Assembly: GCA_965207885.1 (NCBI GenBank)
Contig: OZ242311.1
Location: 2,528,001 to 2,592,000 of the forward strand
Source: Candidatus Latescibacterota bacterium
Lineage (GTDB): Bacteria; Latescibacterota; UBA2968
Direction: 5' to 3'
Length of the DNA: 64,000 nt
The notes below the pieces were generated by a model. That model was not told where the DNA came from, ran no database searches, and saw nothing but the letters and a program-made list of their open reading frames with translations. A program made the translations under genes and the position numbers. Of the stretch, positions 10,635 through 20,747 are shown in pieces (within the stretch, counting starts at the first letter, position 1; every line of letters begins with the position of its first letter).

Positions 10635-11591
10635 TTAACCATCGCACGCATACGCATCAAATACAATTTTTAAATCGCGTTTTGCGCGTGCAAAATTCGA
10701 ATATGGCTGACGCGAACGGTTTTGAAGACAGGATAAAAAATCAGCTATCATCGCGCGATAGCCCATCAAATCTTTCAGGCCCGGCCAGAGAATCCGAAAG
10801 CCTTTCTGAGGTTTGCGAATATAAATGCCGTTGCTTTCAAAAACAATGCGTCCACGCGTCCCTTCGATATAAGAATGCTGAAAAACGCCTTTTGTCAAAC
10901 TGGGTGTTTGCCACGAGTAATGCAATTCGCCAATTGCGCCAGTAGGATAGACCATTCTCACGACAGATTCGCGCTCTGGCGTACTGCCAGAATAGCCCGG
11001 GAATATCGCTTCGATCTGTTCGGGTACCGCATCGAATAGATCTGAAATCAGGGCGATAAAATGAATACCGCCTTCCAGCAAAGCACCATGAACACTTTTC
11101 CAACCCTGCGCCTGCTGCGTTGTGAGCTTTTTTACTGAAACCGAACGCATTTCGCCAATATCGCCCTGGGTGACCATGTGCTTGATGTACGATAGCGAGG
11201 GTTTGTAATAATAATTCTCGGCGATCATCAATAGGGGGGTCTCGACCCGTTCCAGCGCGGTCTCGATCTCGACAATTTCCTCTGGCGAGATGCACATCGG
11301 TTTTTCGACGAGTACGGCTTTGCCAACTTCTAATAGTGCGATTATCTGGTCTTTGTGATGCTCTGGTGGGGAAGCGATCACCACGGCGTCCACATCACTT
11401 TCCAAAACGGCGTTCAGGTCGTCAAAGATGCCCTCGCCCTTAAACTTGAGATTGAACTTGTACGCGCTTACCCGCGACCGACTGCAAAAATACAACGTCG
11501 CTCGCCATTGCAAATTTTTCGCATGAAGCGCGCCGATATTTCCACACCCCAGGATGCAGATACGAGGCTTTTTATACGTCAGATGATCCAT
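10635..11591 (-). CDS. Gfo/Idh/MocA oxidoreductase
   Basis: ILGCGNIG Rossmann motif and VLVEKPM. Confidence 0.88.
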   Translation of the reverse strand: MDHLTYKKPRICILGCGNIGALHAKNLQWRATLYFCSRSRVSAYKFNLKFKGEGIFDDLNAVLESDVDAVVIASPPEHHKDQIIALLEVGKAVLVEKPMCISPEEIVEIETALERVETPLLMIAENYYYKPSLSYIKHMVTQGDIGEMRSVSVKKLTTQQAQGWKSVHGALLEGGIHFIALISDLFDAVPEQIEAIFPGYSGSTPERESVVRMVYPTGAIGELHYSWQTPSLTKGVFQHSYIEGTRGRIVFESNGIYIRKPQKGFRILWPGLKDLMGYRAMIADFLSCLQNRSRQPYSNFARAKRDLKIVFDAYACDG

Positions 11592-11635
11592 TTTTGATTA
11601 TTCTGCCCCTATAATAGAGAATCATATCATTTTTT

Positions 11636-11902
11636 TCATTCATCAAAGCTGAGGACAGGAACAGAAATATGGGGAGCGGTTGCTATCCGCTCGGGATTGT
11701 TCAGTAAATCTGCGATGCGAGATCCCACATCGGCTCGCACGACTTTGGCCCCACATTGGGGACAAACGCCTGCCAGAACATTCTCTAAAACGATGAGTTC
11801 ATCGCGTATCCAAAAGTCCTGTTTAATACGCTGTTCTTGCAGGGGTGTGTCACAGTTTTCACATTCTCCATAATCGTAAGCATTCATGTTGTCTTTGGGC
11901 AT
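11636..11902 (-). CDS. YgiT/MqsA-type zinc-finger protein (putative antitoxin)
   Basis: CENC...CPQCG zinc finger, 88 aa, directly downstream of DUF4258 gene. Confidence 0.8.
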   Translation of the reverse strand: MPKDNMNAYDYGECENCDTPLQEQRIKQDFWIRDELIVLENVLAGVCPQCGAKVVRADVGSRIADLLNNPERIATAPHISVPVLSFDE

Positions 11903-11904
11903 GG

Positions 11905-12183
11905 CTACTCCAGAGCGTAAGTTGTGATAAACAGTAATTTCCCGGTGCTCTTAATACGACATATTATAGCGATTTGTCTTCCGTCTGTTGCGGAACCTAC
12001 AATTTCGTACCGTGTACCTCGCGGGTCATGTGTAAATCTTCGTCTGATTTTTCCCCTTGCTATTGCTTCTTCAATATCTAGAAAGATTAGATTATCATCA
12101 GCCATTTCTTCAAAAAAATGTGGTATGGCAAATTCGTATTCTTGCTCTACCACCTTGCCTCGAATGACATCTATGATAGCCAC
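11905..12183 (-). CDS. DUF4258 protein (putative toxin)
   Basis: 92 aa; HFFEEM, DPRGTRYEIVG and FITTY pattern; coupled to YgiT-type gene. Confidence 0.78.
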   Translation of the reverse strand: MAIIDVIRGKVVEQEYEFAIPHFFEEMADDNLIFLDIEEAIARGKIRRRFTHDPRGTRYEIVGSATDGRQIAIICRIKSTGKLLFITTYALE

Positions 12184-12213
12184 TTTATATTTCCAGAGGG
12201 TTTATACTAACGT

Positions 12214-12603
12214 TTATACCTGTTGACCAAGACAATAGCACAACCTGTCTGGTGCGATGACAAAGAATATGCGGAAGGATTTATCGCCGTGTTGGTCAAT
12301 CCGATAATCGGGGTCGTCATTTTGCAATCCATTATTCTTCAATTCGTTGAAGGCGGTTTCGACATCATCCACTTCAAAAAAACACCCCTCTTGAGTCGGG
12401 TCGCCACCATTTTCTGCCAGGCCGATCTGGATATCGTCTCTTGCGAGTATAGCGGACTTACAGGGCGCGTCCTTCCGAGATACGACCCGAAATCCCATGA
12501 CTATTTCGTAAAAAGGGATGGCTTCTTCCAGGTTCTCAACCGGAAGGTTCATAGCGTCTTGCATGTAGGGCGAGGCTGTTTTAAATATAGATTTAGTTTT
12601 CAC
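12214..12603 (-). CDS. VOC/glyoxalase family protein
   Basis: LPVENLEEAIPFY, FFEVDDVE and FFVIAPD motifs. Confidence 0.8.
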   Translation of the reverse strand: MKTKSIFKTASPYMQDAMNLPVENLEEAIPFYEIVMGFRVVSRKDAPCKSAILARDDIQIGLAENGGDPTQEGCFFEVDDVETAFNELKNNGLQNDDPDYRIDQHGDKSFRIFFVIAPDRLCYCLGQQV

Positions 12604-12675
12604 GCTTATCTCCTTCTCTCTGAATCTATAAAAAAAATCACAGGTGTTTTTTGTTTCGCCTAATTTTTTATGTTC

Positions 12676-12765
12676 CTAACCTCGAAGCGGCCGGAACACA
12701 GTATTTAGACACAAAGGACTCACTTGCGTCCAGGATTGCTGAAGCTGTGGGGTAATAACACTCAT
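12676..12765 (-). pseudogene. 5' stub resembling the N-terminus of a HigA-type antitoxin
   Basis: ATG 1 nt after upstream stop; MSVITPQLQQSWTQVSPL then breaks off. Confidence 0.4.
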
Positions 12766-12766
12766 G

Positions 12767-14611
12767 TCATCCATCCACCTTCTGAGCTGTGGCATGGATT
12801 GTCCCTTCCGCAGGTACATCCACCCGCACGGTCAGCACGGTATATCTCTCATCGTCGCTGGTGACCATCGTTTCCAGACGTCCGCCATCCACTGCGTAAG
12901 CTCCTGCTGGGAGCACGAATGTCACCCGGCAATCGGGAAACGCGTCTTCCAGAATATTGGTCACTGTCGCTGTCACTCTGTCGTGTATCCCGTTGTTACC
13001 CGGATCGTATGCCACCTCAAGCGGCGGTGGTCCCTCTCGATTGAAAGGAACGGGAGCAACAGCATCTCCTCGATAGGTCGCCGATGTTACATGACCATCT
13101 TTAAAACGCACCACCCGAAAACTGCTGCTATTGCTTTTGCCCACCCGCGTCGTGGGTGTGGCTCCAATGGTCATCACCTTTTCCCCTGGGCCATGCGCGT
13201 CGTGGATCAGCTTTACCTTATGCCTATCCAGAAATGTCTCTACCGGGGCATTGTGCTCGAATGCGTTGATTATCTTGATCTTAGCCTTCGCCCGCGAGGA
13301 TAGAAGCGCGTTGGCTTGCGATAGATCCACATGCCAGGGATGCCGGAAATTCAGGATGCATAGGTCTGAGCCATAATCGATGATTCCCACCTGATCTCCA
13401 TACCACTTCTCGTGTCCGTAAAATTGGTGATTGCCGAATGTAATCGCATAGGGCATCTTCAGTACCAGATGTGATCCTGAGATATACGCCGGGTTCACCG
13501 CATTGCTAATCAGGACCATATCGGGTGCGATCAGGTTGGCGATCTCCGCCAGCCGTCTCTCGTACTCCGCCTGATATTGTCCCTGCGTGTCCAGGTGTCC
13601 AAACGTCATAAAAACCGGATCTTTCGGATAGTCTCGAACGACGTACACGCTTCTGGGAGACTGTCGTGTGAAATCTCCCCGCGAGCCGGACACCCTGATC
13701 GATAGATCGTATAACCCCGGTGGTATGTCTTGGGGCAGACTTACTGTGCCTTCCCGATCATAATAAAACTTCGCACTCGGATCTTCCTCAAACGCCACTG
13801 TGCGTGAGATCGTAGCTGGCCCAACCCGACGCGACAACTTCACTTGCCCTATCGTGTGATCGTAGGCTTCCAACCGCACCCGAAAGGATTCTCCGGGCTG
13901 CCGGATGGTCGGATGTCCCAGAACCGGGAATCGGACGCCTTGTGGCATGGTCTCTGGATGTCTATGAAGATACAGTGGTGGCAGGCGCGTTTCTTTTCCT
14001 TTTTGAATCGCGATTTCTTCAATTTTTTGAGACTCCCATCCGTACGCAATCAATTCCAATGAATATCCCTTTCCTGCGGGTAGGCCAGTCAGACGGCACG
14101 ACCCCGATAACCAATTCCGCACCAGTGTGTTCCGCACTATTTGACCTCTCTGGCGTACCACCGCTCGTGCATCTACGAGGAAGCCATTTTCCTCACCGTT
14201 GAGTACAAATGACAGCTCTCCAGAATGCTCCGCCAGGACTCGAAATCCAGATATACGGCAGCCCATCTCGCCCCTGTTCTGACGATGCTCAACGCGTACC
14301 CGGTGTTTCCCTTGTGTCAGTCCCCTCGCCAGTACCACCTCTCGTGCTTCGTTACCCGGATACAAGATGCGCGGACTCCCATTATCTACTGTCACAATTA
14401 GCTTTCCCAGGGACGGTCTCCCGTAGGCCGACACGGCGTGCTGGCCCAGACCAAGTGCCACTCCTGTACCGGTGAATTCAAACGTCAAGGTAGCGCCATT
14501 ATCCTCCGTCTCCAGACAGGCTGTCCTGGCATACCGGAACTGGCTCTCCCACCACGTACCTGATTGCAGCACACAGGCTGTATCCAGGGCTGACACCCAC
14601 TCTTTACTCAT
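12767..14611 (-). CDS. Hypothetical multidomain protein with C-terminal degenerate metallophosphoesterase-like domain
   Basis: 614-aa ORF with RBS; GHLDT, PDMVLISN, FGNH and HDAH motifs. Confidence 0.6.
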   Translation of the reverse strand: MSKEWVSALDTACVLQSGTWWESQFRYARTACLETEDNGATLTFEFTGTGVALGLGQHAVSAYGRPSLGKLIVTVDNGSPRILYPGNEAREVVLARGLTQGKHRVRVEHRQNRGEMGCRISGFRVLAEHSGELSFVLNGEENGFLVDARAVVRQRGQIVRNTLVRNWLSGSCRLTGLPAGKGYSLELIAYGWESQKIEEIAIQKGKETRLPPLYLHRHPETMPQGVRFPVLGHPTIRQPGESFRVRLEAYDHTIGQVKLSRRVGPATISRTVAFEEDPSAKFYYDREGTVSLPQDIPPGLYDLSIRVSGSRGDFTRQSPRSVYVVRDYPKDPVFMTFGHLDTQGQYQAEYERRLAEIANLIAPDMVLISNAVNPAYISGSHLVLKMPYAITFGNHQFYGHEKWYGDQVGIIDYGSDLCILNFRHPWHVDLSQANALLSSRAKAKIKIINAFEHNAPVETFLDRHKVKLIHDAHGPGEKVMTIGATPTTRVGKSNSSSFRVVRFKDGHVTSATYRGDAVAPVPFNREGPPPLEVAYDPGNNGIHDRVTATVTNILEDAFPDCRVTFVLPAGAYAVDGGRLETMVTSDDERYTVLTVRVDVPAEGTIHATAQKVDG

Positions 14612-14628
14612 CGGTGTTCACCCCTCTT

Positions 14629-15522
14629 TTAGACGCGCACTTCTCTCGCAACGATATCCAGATCCCACGCCTGCCAGTAATATTTCACCGGGTCGCTCGT
14701 GTCCCATTTTTCGTATACATCTTCCCACGTCAGCCAATTCATGTGCGGTTGTAGCGAATCGTCTCGAACTGGATGGCTTCGCGGTTGATATCGGTAATCA
14801 GCCGAAATCCGCAGACGGTCTGCCGACTCGTTATCGCGCCCCTGATGAATCGTCAAACTGTGTAGAATAATTACGTCGCCGCATAGATAGTCGCCGCCGA
14901 TCCAGACGGAATCCTCTTCGACGGGAACCTGACGACCACCTGGTCCCACGCCTTCGAATGTTTCCAGTTTCCCGCGTCGGTGCGAGCCTCGGGCGACGGC
15001 AAGTCCACCGAGTTCTTCTGGGCAGTCACCGCAGGGAATCCAGGCTGTCCAGGTATCGTCCGATCCTCCGATGAAGTAATTGTCCTGGTGCGGTGGGGTC
15101 GAATGGGTATCTGTATCAGGGAATACAAGGCGGCAGATGTTTCGGCTGTGCGGGAGTACCTGATCGCCGAACAGAACTTCAAACGCCTGAATCAGAGGGA
15201 GTTCGAGTGCCAGTGCGTGAAAGTCTCGAATTTTCAGTACATCATCATAAAATGCCTGCCAGCGCGGGTCTTTGCTCTCGACGACCTGAATGTCGGGATT
15301 TGCAATGCCCTCTGTCAGTTCGGAGCCTTCCGCCAGCCATCCATGATCCCGGCAGATGCCGAGAATCTGGTGCCGAACTTCGATTACACGTTCCGGATTG
15401 AGCAAGTTGCGAAAGAACAGATACCCATTCTCCTTTGCCTGTCGTCGAAGCGCCTCAGGATTCTGCAACAAATTCGTCGCGTCCTCAAGTGCTTCGATTT
15501 GCTTCATGTCAATCATTGCCAT
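14629..15522 (-). CDS. Phytanoyl-CoA dioxygenase (PhyH) family
   Basis: PPHQD, TAWIP, GSH, HSLTIH and RISADYRY motifs. Confidence 0.9.
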   Translation of the reverse strand: MAMIDMKQIEALEDATNLLQNPEALRRQAKENGYLFFRNLLNPERVIEVRHQILGICRDHGWLAEGSELTEGIANPDIQVVESKDPRWQAFYDDVLKIRDFHALALELPLIQAFEVLFGDQVLPHSRNICRLVFPDTDTHSTPPHQDNYFIGGSDDTWTAWIPCGDCPEELGGLAVARGSHRRGKLETFEGVGPGGRQVPVEEDSVWIGGDYLCGDVIILHSLTIHQGRDNESADRLRISADYRYQPRSHPVRDDSLQPHMNWLTWEDVYEKWDTSDPVKYYWQAWDLDIVAREVRV

Positions 15523-15561
15523 TATGACGGTCTCCTTTTTATGAACGAGTCAGGGTCCATG

Positions 15562-15918
15562 TCAGGGGGCCAACTCATGAATTTCGTCTGGTTCGGACAT
15601 GGATGTGAATTGGACAGCTTTTATCGTTTTACGCCCTTGAAGTATCGCTTTGCACAGGCGGTGGCCGCCATCCATGAGTGAGCCATCTGCATTTAGAATG
15701 ATAGGATATTTTAGGGAAGCGTGGTTAATTTTTTTACAATGCCGCGCGATCTCTCTTAATGTAGGTTTCTTTTCCCCAAACCAGCAGTCTTTGTCTAATT
15801 CTTCGATTGATGATATGTTGATTTCAAATGTAGAAAGATCGCTGGTCTGCATCCAGAGTTTTTCGGTGTACCATACGAGCCGTTTGCCATCGCGTATTGT
15901 GCTGTGTTTCTGTGGCAC
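15562..15918 (-). CDS. ParB/Srx-like small protein
   Basis: YPIIL..LMDGGHRL motif; RBS AGGAGG. Confidence 0.7.
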   Translation of the reverse strand: MPQKHSTIRDGKRLVWYTEKLWMQTSDLSTFEINISSIEELDKDCWFGEKKPTLREIARHCKKINHASLKYPIILNADGSLMDGGHRLCKAILQGRKTIKAVQFTSMSEPDEIHELAP

Positions 15919-15935
15919 GATTCCTCCTTTCGATT

Positions 15936-16451
15936 TCAGACCATACTCCGGCTGTATCGGATTTCTTTACGTTCAACCCCTGCAAGGGGTTCTACTTTTT
16001 GTGCACCATCCGCGCTGAATCCGAATTTTCGATAAAAGGAAATCGCCCTCTGGTTGGTATCGAGAAGCCAAATTTTTACCATTGAGCAATTCATATCGCG
16101 AAGGGCCGTAAGAGATGCCTCCATTAGCTTTCGGCCAATGCCGCGATCCCAGAATTCTTCAAGGGCATAAATTGCATAGACTTCGCCAACGGCGCTTTTA
16201 TCCAGTCCTTCATCTCGTACGGGGCCAAAGCTGATGAAAGCAATGATCCTTTGATCTACTTCGGCTACAAGTACTTTGTTGGAGGGACTATTGAGGGTCA
16301 GGTGCCATTGTTTCTCCCTCTGGTCAACAGATAAATTATCGAGGATGTCATCGGGCAATTGCCCCTTGTACGCAGCCTGCCAGGATCGAACGTGGACTTC
16401 GGCCAGACCTCTGGCGTCGTTTTTGGAAGGTTCTCGGATGATCATTGCCAT
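15936..16451 (-). CDS. GNAT N-acetyltransferase
   Basis: WDRGIGRKLM and NQRAISFYRKFGF motifs. Confidence 0.9.
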   Translation of the reverse strand: MAMIIREPSKNDARGLAEVHVRSWQAAYKGQLPDDILDNLSVDQREKQWHLTLNSPSNKVLVAEVDQRIIAFISFGPVRDEGLDKSAVGEVYAIYALEEFWDRGIGRKLMEASLTALRDMNCSMVKIWLLDTNQRAISFYRKFGFSADGAQKVEPLAGVERKEIRYSRSMV

Positions 16452-16485
16452 GGTAGGCGACCTTTCATAGTGATGGCGCCTTTCC

Positions 16486-17439
16486 TCATTTCTTGAGCGC
16501 GTCTCTCACGACCCTGGCGAGTTCCGGGTGCTTCTGCAGGGTGCTCAATCGAGAGATGACGAGATTGCCGCTGCCGTATTTCAGAGCGATTTCTATCTCT
16601 CTGACAAGGCGTTTGGGGGTGCGCACGAAGCCGGGCAGATCGTGGATGCCGATGAAGGGGACAAAGCGGTTGATCTCAGGATTTTCCAGGCGCTTCATTT
16701 GGGCGGCTTCCATTTCAACGCGTTCAAGTCGCCATTCGGGGGGATAGAACCAGGAGATGGTCTGTGTGCAATAGTCGAGTTTGTATTTGGCGCCAATGTA
16801 TTCGTCGGGAAGGAAGTGCGGCCAGACGTGGTTGGTGACGATGGCATTGGGATCTATGGATTTAGCGTGGTCGTAGAGGAGACGGTGAACGTCAATGAGT
16901 GTTTGCGTGGAGATTTTTTCCATGATTTCGATGTCGGACAGGTCGGGGTTTTGCTCGCGCGCTTCTTTACGGAGGGTTTCACAGCGGTCACAGAAACAGG
17001 CGTAGTAGTTGACAAAGCCAAAGCCGTCAAGGGCGATCCCGTCGGCGATGTTGAGGGCGCGCTCAACCCGCCTCTTGAGTTCGGCCTGCGATTCCGGATG
17101 CTCGAAACAGAGGACGGTTCTCGGTAAGACGAACGATTGCCAGCGGTAGCTCTCTCCGTGCAACCGGAGCCAGGATTGTCCGGTGATGACGTCCGAGACG
17201 TTGTGTTCGAATTCGCGCATTTTTTGAAGGCAATGCGGATAGGCATTTTCAAAGTCGTCGTCGGAATAGGGGAAGACGGTAGCGATGATCTGGATGTCTC
17301 GTTTATGGGCTCGCGCGACCATTTCAGGAGTGGCGCTATTGGTAATAAGCATGTTGCAGCCGAGGTCAGCCACAAAATCGACGGCTTGTTCGCGTTCGGC
17401 GTCGGTTCTGAGGCGGCCGATAGCCCAGACGGCTTTCAT
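16486..17439 (-). CDS. Hypothetical protein, glycoside-hydrolase-like TIM barrel
   Basis: LCFEHPE, DGIALDGF and CFCDRC motifs; RBS AAAGGA favours ATG 17439. Confidence 0.55.
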   Translation of the reverse strand: MKAVWAIGRLRTDAEREQAVDFVADLGCNMLITNSATPEMVARAHKRDIQIIATVFPYSDDDFENAYPHCLQKMREFEHNVSDVITGQSWLRLHGESYRWQSFVLPRTVLCFEHPESQAELKRRVERALNIADGIALDGFGFVNYYACFCDRCETLRKEAREQNPDLSDIEIMEKISTQTLIDVHRLLYDHAKSIDPNAIVTNHVWPHFLPDEYIGAKYKLDYCTQTISWFYPPEWRLERVEMEAAQMKRLENPEINRFVPFIGIHDLPGFVRTPKRLVREIEIALKYGSGNLVISRLSTLQKHPELARVVRDALKK

Positions 17440-17554
17440 GGGGAGATGTCCTTTATGGGGTTGGGCAACGGTCATCATCTGGTTCTGTCAGGTAATATCT
17501 CCCAGGTATATAGGAGGTGCCCCGGGTTCAGAGCCAAGATAATCGAGTAAAGGC

Positions 17555-18425
17555 TTAGGTAGTGTCTGAAAAGTAAGCTTTGAAGAGTTGTCTGATACAG
17601 GCCAGCTTGACCATAGTGAGAAAATGAGTCGCCTTTTTTTCAAATCGGGTCACAATCCGTCGGCAGTGTTTAAGCCAACCAAAGAGACGCTCCACGATAT
17701 TGCGTTTGGCATATAATCTTTTATCACACTTAGGCCGTGGTCCTCTCTTACGCCGTTTTCTGCCTTTGGGAATCGCCTTGTTTGGGATAGCAGCCTTGAT
17801 ACCCCGTTTGCGTAGATAGACTCTGATGCGTGAGACATCATAAGATTTATCAGCTACCAGATACTTGGGTCGGTTTCTTGGACGCCCTCGTTTGGTGGGT
17901 ATGCATACCTTTGACAGTAGCCTTTCAGCCTGTGTGGATTCTGACTGGTTACCAGGGAGAAGATCCACTGCTAAAGGATGCCCGACTGCATCGCAAAGAA
18001 GATGGATTTTCGTGGTCAAACCGCCACGAGAGCGTCCTAAAGCGTGATCTGGGGGCTCTTCTTCACCCTTTTTGCCCTTTTTTTTTCGCTCCTGCCGCGG
18101 CTTGTGTGGCTCGAATATGGGTTGCATCCATCATCCAGGTCGCATAATCTAAAAGACCATCTTCACCCAATTTGAGATGTAGCTTTTCTACAATGCGATC
18201 AAAGGTGCCATCCTGTTTCCATTTGCAGAATCGGTCAAAGGCTGTCTGCCAAGGACCATATCGTTCTGGCAGGTCGCGCCAAGCTGCACCTGAACACAAT
18301 ATCCAGAAGATCCCGTTGAATAATGTACGATCATCCCGACGGGGACGACCCATCTTCTTCGGCGGTGGGAACAGGTCTTGGATCAGATGCCAAGCCTCGT
18401 CGCGCAGTTCATATCTCCGTTGCAT
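17555..18425 (-). CDS. IS5-family transposase in two ORFs joined by probable -1 frameshift
   Basis: ORF A has WRDLPERYGPWQT; ORF B has GRSRGGLTTKIH, ADKSYD and RNIVERLF; A9 slippery run at 18078-18086. Confidence 0.9.
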
Positions 18426-18494
18426 ATCATACTCCTTGGTTTAGGGCGTATGCTGCAACTAAAATACATACTTTACGACTTTTCAGACACTACC
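17558..18494 (-). mobile_element. IS5-family (IS427-like) insertion sequence, 937 bp
   Basis: 17-bp perfect TIRs GGTAGTGTCTGAAAAGT at 17558-17574 and 18478-18494; TA duplication at 17556-57 and 18495-96. Confidence 0.93.
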
Positions 18495-18912
18495 TAGGAT
18501 AGAATCTCAGGTTTTTGAGTTCACTAATGCTCATCCATTTTACCCCAACCTGCATCGGATCTCCCTCTGGGGCCTCGGAGGCATTATATCTTTCATCAAC
18601 GGAACATCGGAAGATGAAATCAATTAAATGGACCCCTTTCGTCCGGGAGTCGGCGTGATTGTCAGTGATATATTCTCGAACAAAGTTTAAACCTTCAACT
18701 GTGACGTCAGCACCTATTTCTTCCTGGCACTCCCGCTTGAGAGCATCTATAAGTGTCTCTTTTCCAGGTTCCATGCCTCCCCCTGGTAGAATGTACCAAA
18801 GACCTTTGTCATCGATATTTTCAGTAACAAGAATTTGGTCGCCTCTCTGAATCAGAGCCTTGGCTGCATTTCGCAAGTTCATAATAGATACCTCAAGCGA
18901 ATCTCACGCTAC

Positions 18913-20256
18913 TCATCTCAGATCATTTTCCCCCAACACGTATTTGATCTGTACGTTCCCGTCTTTATCGACGATTTTCATGTTTAGCTCGCGGTTGCCT
19001 TTAGGGCCTGAGAAACGGAGTAGCCCGAAGTTGAAACCGGGATAGACTGTTGCGATACTCTGTGGGTTTCCGCGCCAGCCCGAGCGGGATCTCTGGACGA
19101 TTGGGTCTGTTCTGACGGCGGCGTTGGAACTGAGCAATTCAAAGAGGGGATAGGTGTCCTGTCCCTCGCGATAGAGGCGGTTGAGCGTCCCAACGTGCCA
19201 ATCGCCTGCGATGAAGACGACACCGGTGATGTTTTCGGCGAACATCCATTTCAGGAAGTCGTCCCGCTCTGTGCCGAAATTGTCCCAGCGTTCGCCGCGT
19301 CCCGTGAAGTCAACGACCATGCTATTTCCATTGGCGATTACTTTGAATGTCGCCGTGCTCGCCTTCAGGGATGCTTTCAGCCAGTCGATCTGGCCCCGGC
19401 CGAACATTGTCTTGCGGTCTTCTGCTTCGTTCGGGTCCCTATGATAGCGGTCGTCGAGCATGAAGAACTCGACATCGGAAATTCGAAATTTGTGAAAGAT
19501 CCCCTTTGTCTGGGAAGTGCCCCCGCCCGAGTTCGGCCAATACCGTCGATACAGTTCCAGGGTCTCTTCCCGGTAGGAGAATGTACGATCGGAGTTGTTG
19601 GGGCCATAGTCGTGGTCGTCCCAGATCCCATAGCTGGGCGTCGTTGCCATGAGTGCTCTGATCTCCGGTACATGTCGCACTTCGCGATGATATCCCGCCA
19701 TTGCATAGCGGACTGGATCCGGGTCCTCGCCGTAGTGACTGGATCGTCCCGGCATGTAGTTGATGTCGCCAATAAAGAAAAATGCGTTTGGGCGGTGTTG
19801 CAAGACTTCTGCAAATGCAGGTTGCATGGGCTGTGTTCCCGGGTTCAAGCAGGATCCGAATCCCACGGAGAAATCAGCGACGTAGGTTGAGTCATTCTGT
19901 CGCGGTTGCATCGCGGGCATTGTGCGGAATACCTGGGGGACAAGTGCTCTTATCTGTTTCCCATTTACCGAAATCGCGTAGTGAACCCTCGCGTTCTGCA
20001 CAAGTCCACTCAGTGTCACCGTGCCAGTGTGGGGATAGCTTTCTAAGGTCATCGTTTCTTTTGCTGCACGGGTGATCGTCATTGCTTTGCCCGTTTGTGT
20101 CCAGTAATCTACTGTGACCTTCGCTGGCGCGTCTGTCTCAACCCAGATTATCGCCGATGATGTCGTCGTGTGGCTTATCATTGGACCTGCAAGTAGCTCT
20201 GCGGCCATCATCCGCGTTGGAATAAGCATCAGTACTGTCAGGATCAAAATTTTCAT
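18913..20256 (-). CDS. phoD: PhoD-like alkaline phosphatase
   Basis: Signal peptide; FGSC, GDINY, WDDHDY and GDWH motifs. Confidence 0.85.
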   Translation of the reverse strand: MKILILTVLMLIPTRMMAAELLAGPMISHTTTSSAIIWVETDAPAKVTVDYWTQTGKAMTITRAAKETMTLESYPHTGTVTLSGLVQNARVHYAISVNGKQIRALVPQVFRTMPAMQPRQNDSTYVADFSVGFGSCLNPGTQPMQPAFAEVLQHRPNAFFFIGDINYMPGRSSHYGEDPDPVRYAMAGYHREVRHVPEIRALMATTPSYGIWDDHDYGPNNSDRTFSYREETLELYRRYWPNSGGGTSQTKGIFHKFRISDVEFFMLDDRYHRDPNEAEDRKTMFGRGQIDWLKASLKASTATFKVIANGNSMVVDFTGRGERWDNFGTERDDFLKWMFAENITGVVFIAGDWHVGTLNRLYREGQDTYPLFELLSSNAAVRTDPIVQRSRSGWRGNPQSIATVYPGFNFGLLRFSGPKGNRELNMKIVDKDGNVQIKYVLGENDLR

Positions 20257-20747
20257 CCTTCCTCCTCTGTTGTAAAGGTTTTGATTGTCTTTGCCAGTTC
20301 TTCAGATCGCTGAGAACCAATCAATAGTCGTTTACCATTGGTTAGCTCCAATTGTACGCCTCGATCTCCACTCACATTATAAGCCATTCCTTTAGTTCCA
20401 TATCGAATCCCCCATCCGCCATATTCTTTGATTGGGCTGTACTGTCTGGCATCACATTTTGCAATTTCTGAGAATGAGATTACCTCTCTCTTTAGCGGAA
20501 AGAATCGGATGTGAATGGCGTCATTTTTGACTTCAGTTACCATCTTTATCGAAAGCATAAACACCGGTACTAATACCAAAGCCAGAGCAATGGCACCAAA
20601 AATGAGCATATTGGTGCCAGACATTGGCCAGTTCCGAAATACCTTGAATCCTATATAGATCAAAGCTGAGATGCAAGGTACAAGTACTATAGCCAATAGC
20701 CAGCTCTGTCTAAATTGCTGAATTTCGATGAAATTTGAGTTGTCCAT
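20253..20747 (-). CDS. Small membrane protein, DUF6141-like
   Basis: Two TM helices; EYGGWGIRY and LLIGSQR motifs. Confidence 0.7.
   Translation of the reverse strand: MDNSNFIEIQQFRQSWLLAIVLVPCISALIYIGFKVFRNWPMSGTNMLIFGAIALALVLVPVFMLSIKMVTEVKNDAIHIRFFPLKREVISFSEIAKCDARQYSPIKEYGGWGIRYGTKGMAYNVSGDRGVQLELTNGKRLLIGSQRSEELAKTIKTFTTEEEG

Larger units (their letters stand above)
17488..18882 (-). pseudogene. NUDIX hydrolase interrupted near its 3' end by IS5 element
   Basis: NUDIX box PGGGMEPGKETLIDALKRECQEEIG; removing the IS restores ...FYPKPLLDYLGSEPGAPPIYLGDIT* ending at 17488. Confidence 0.85.
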
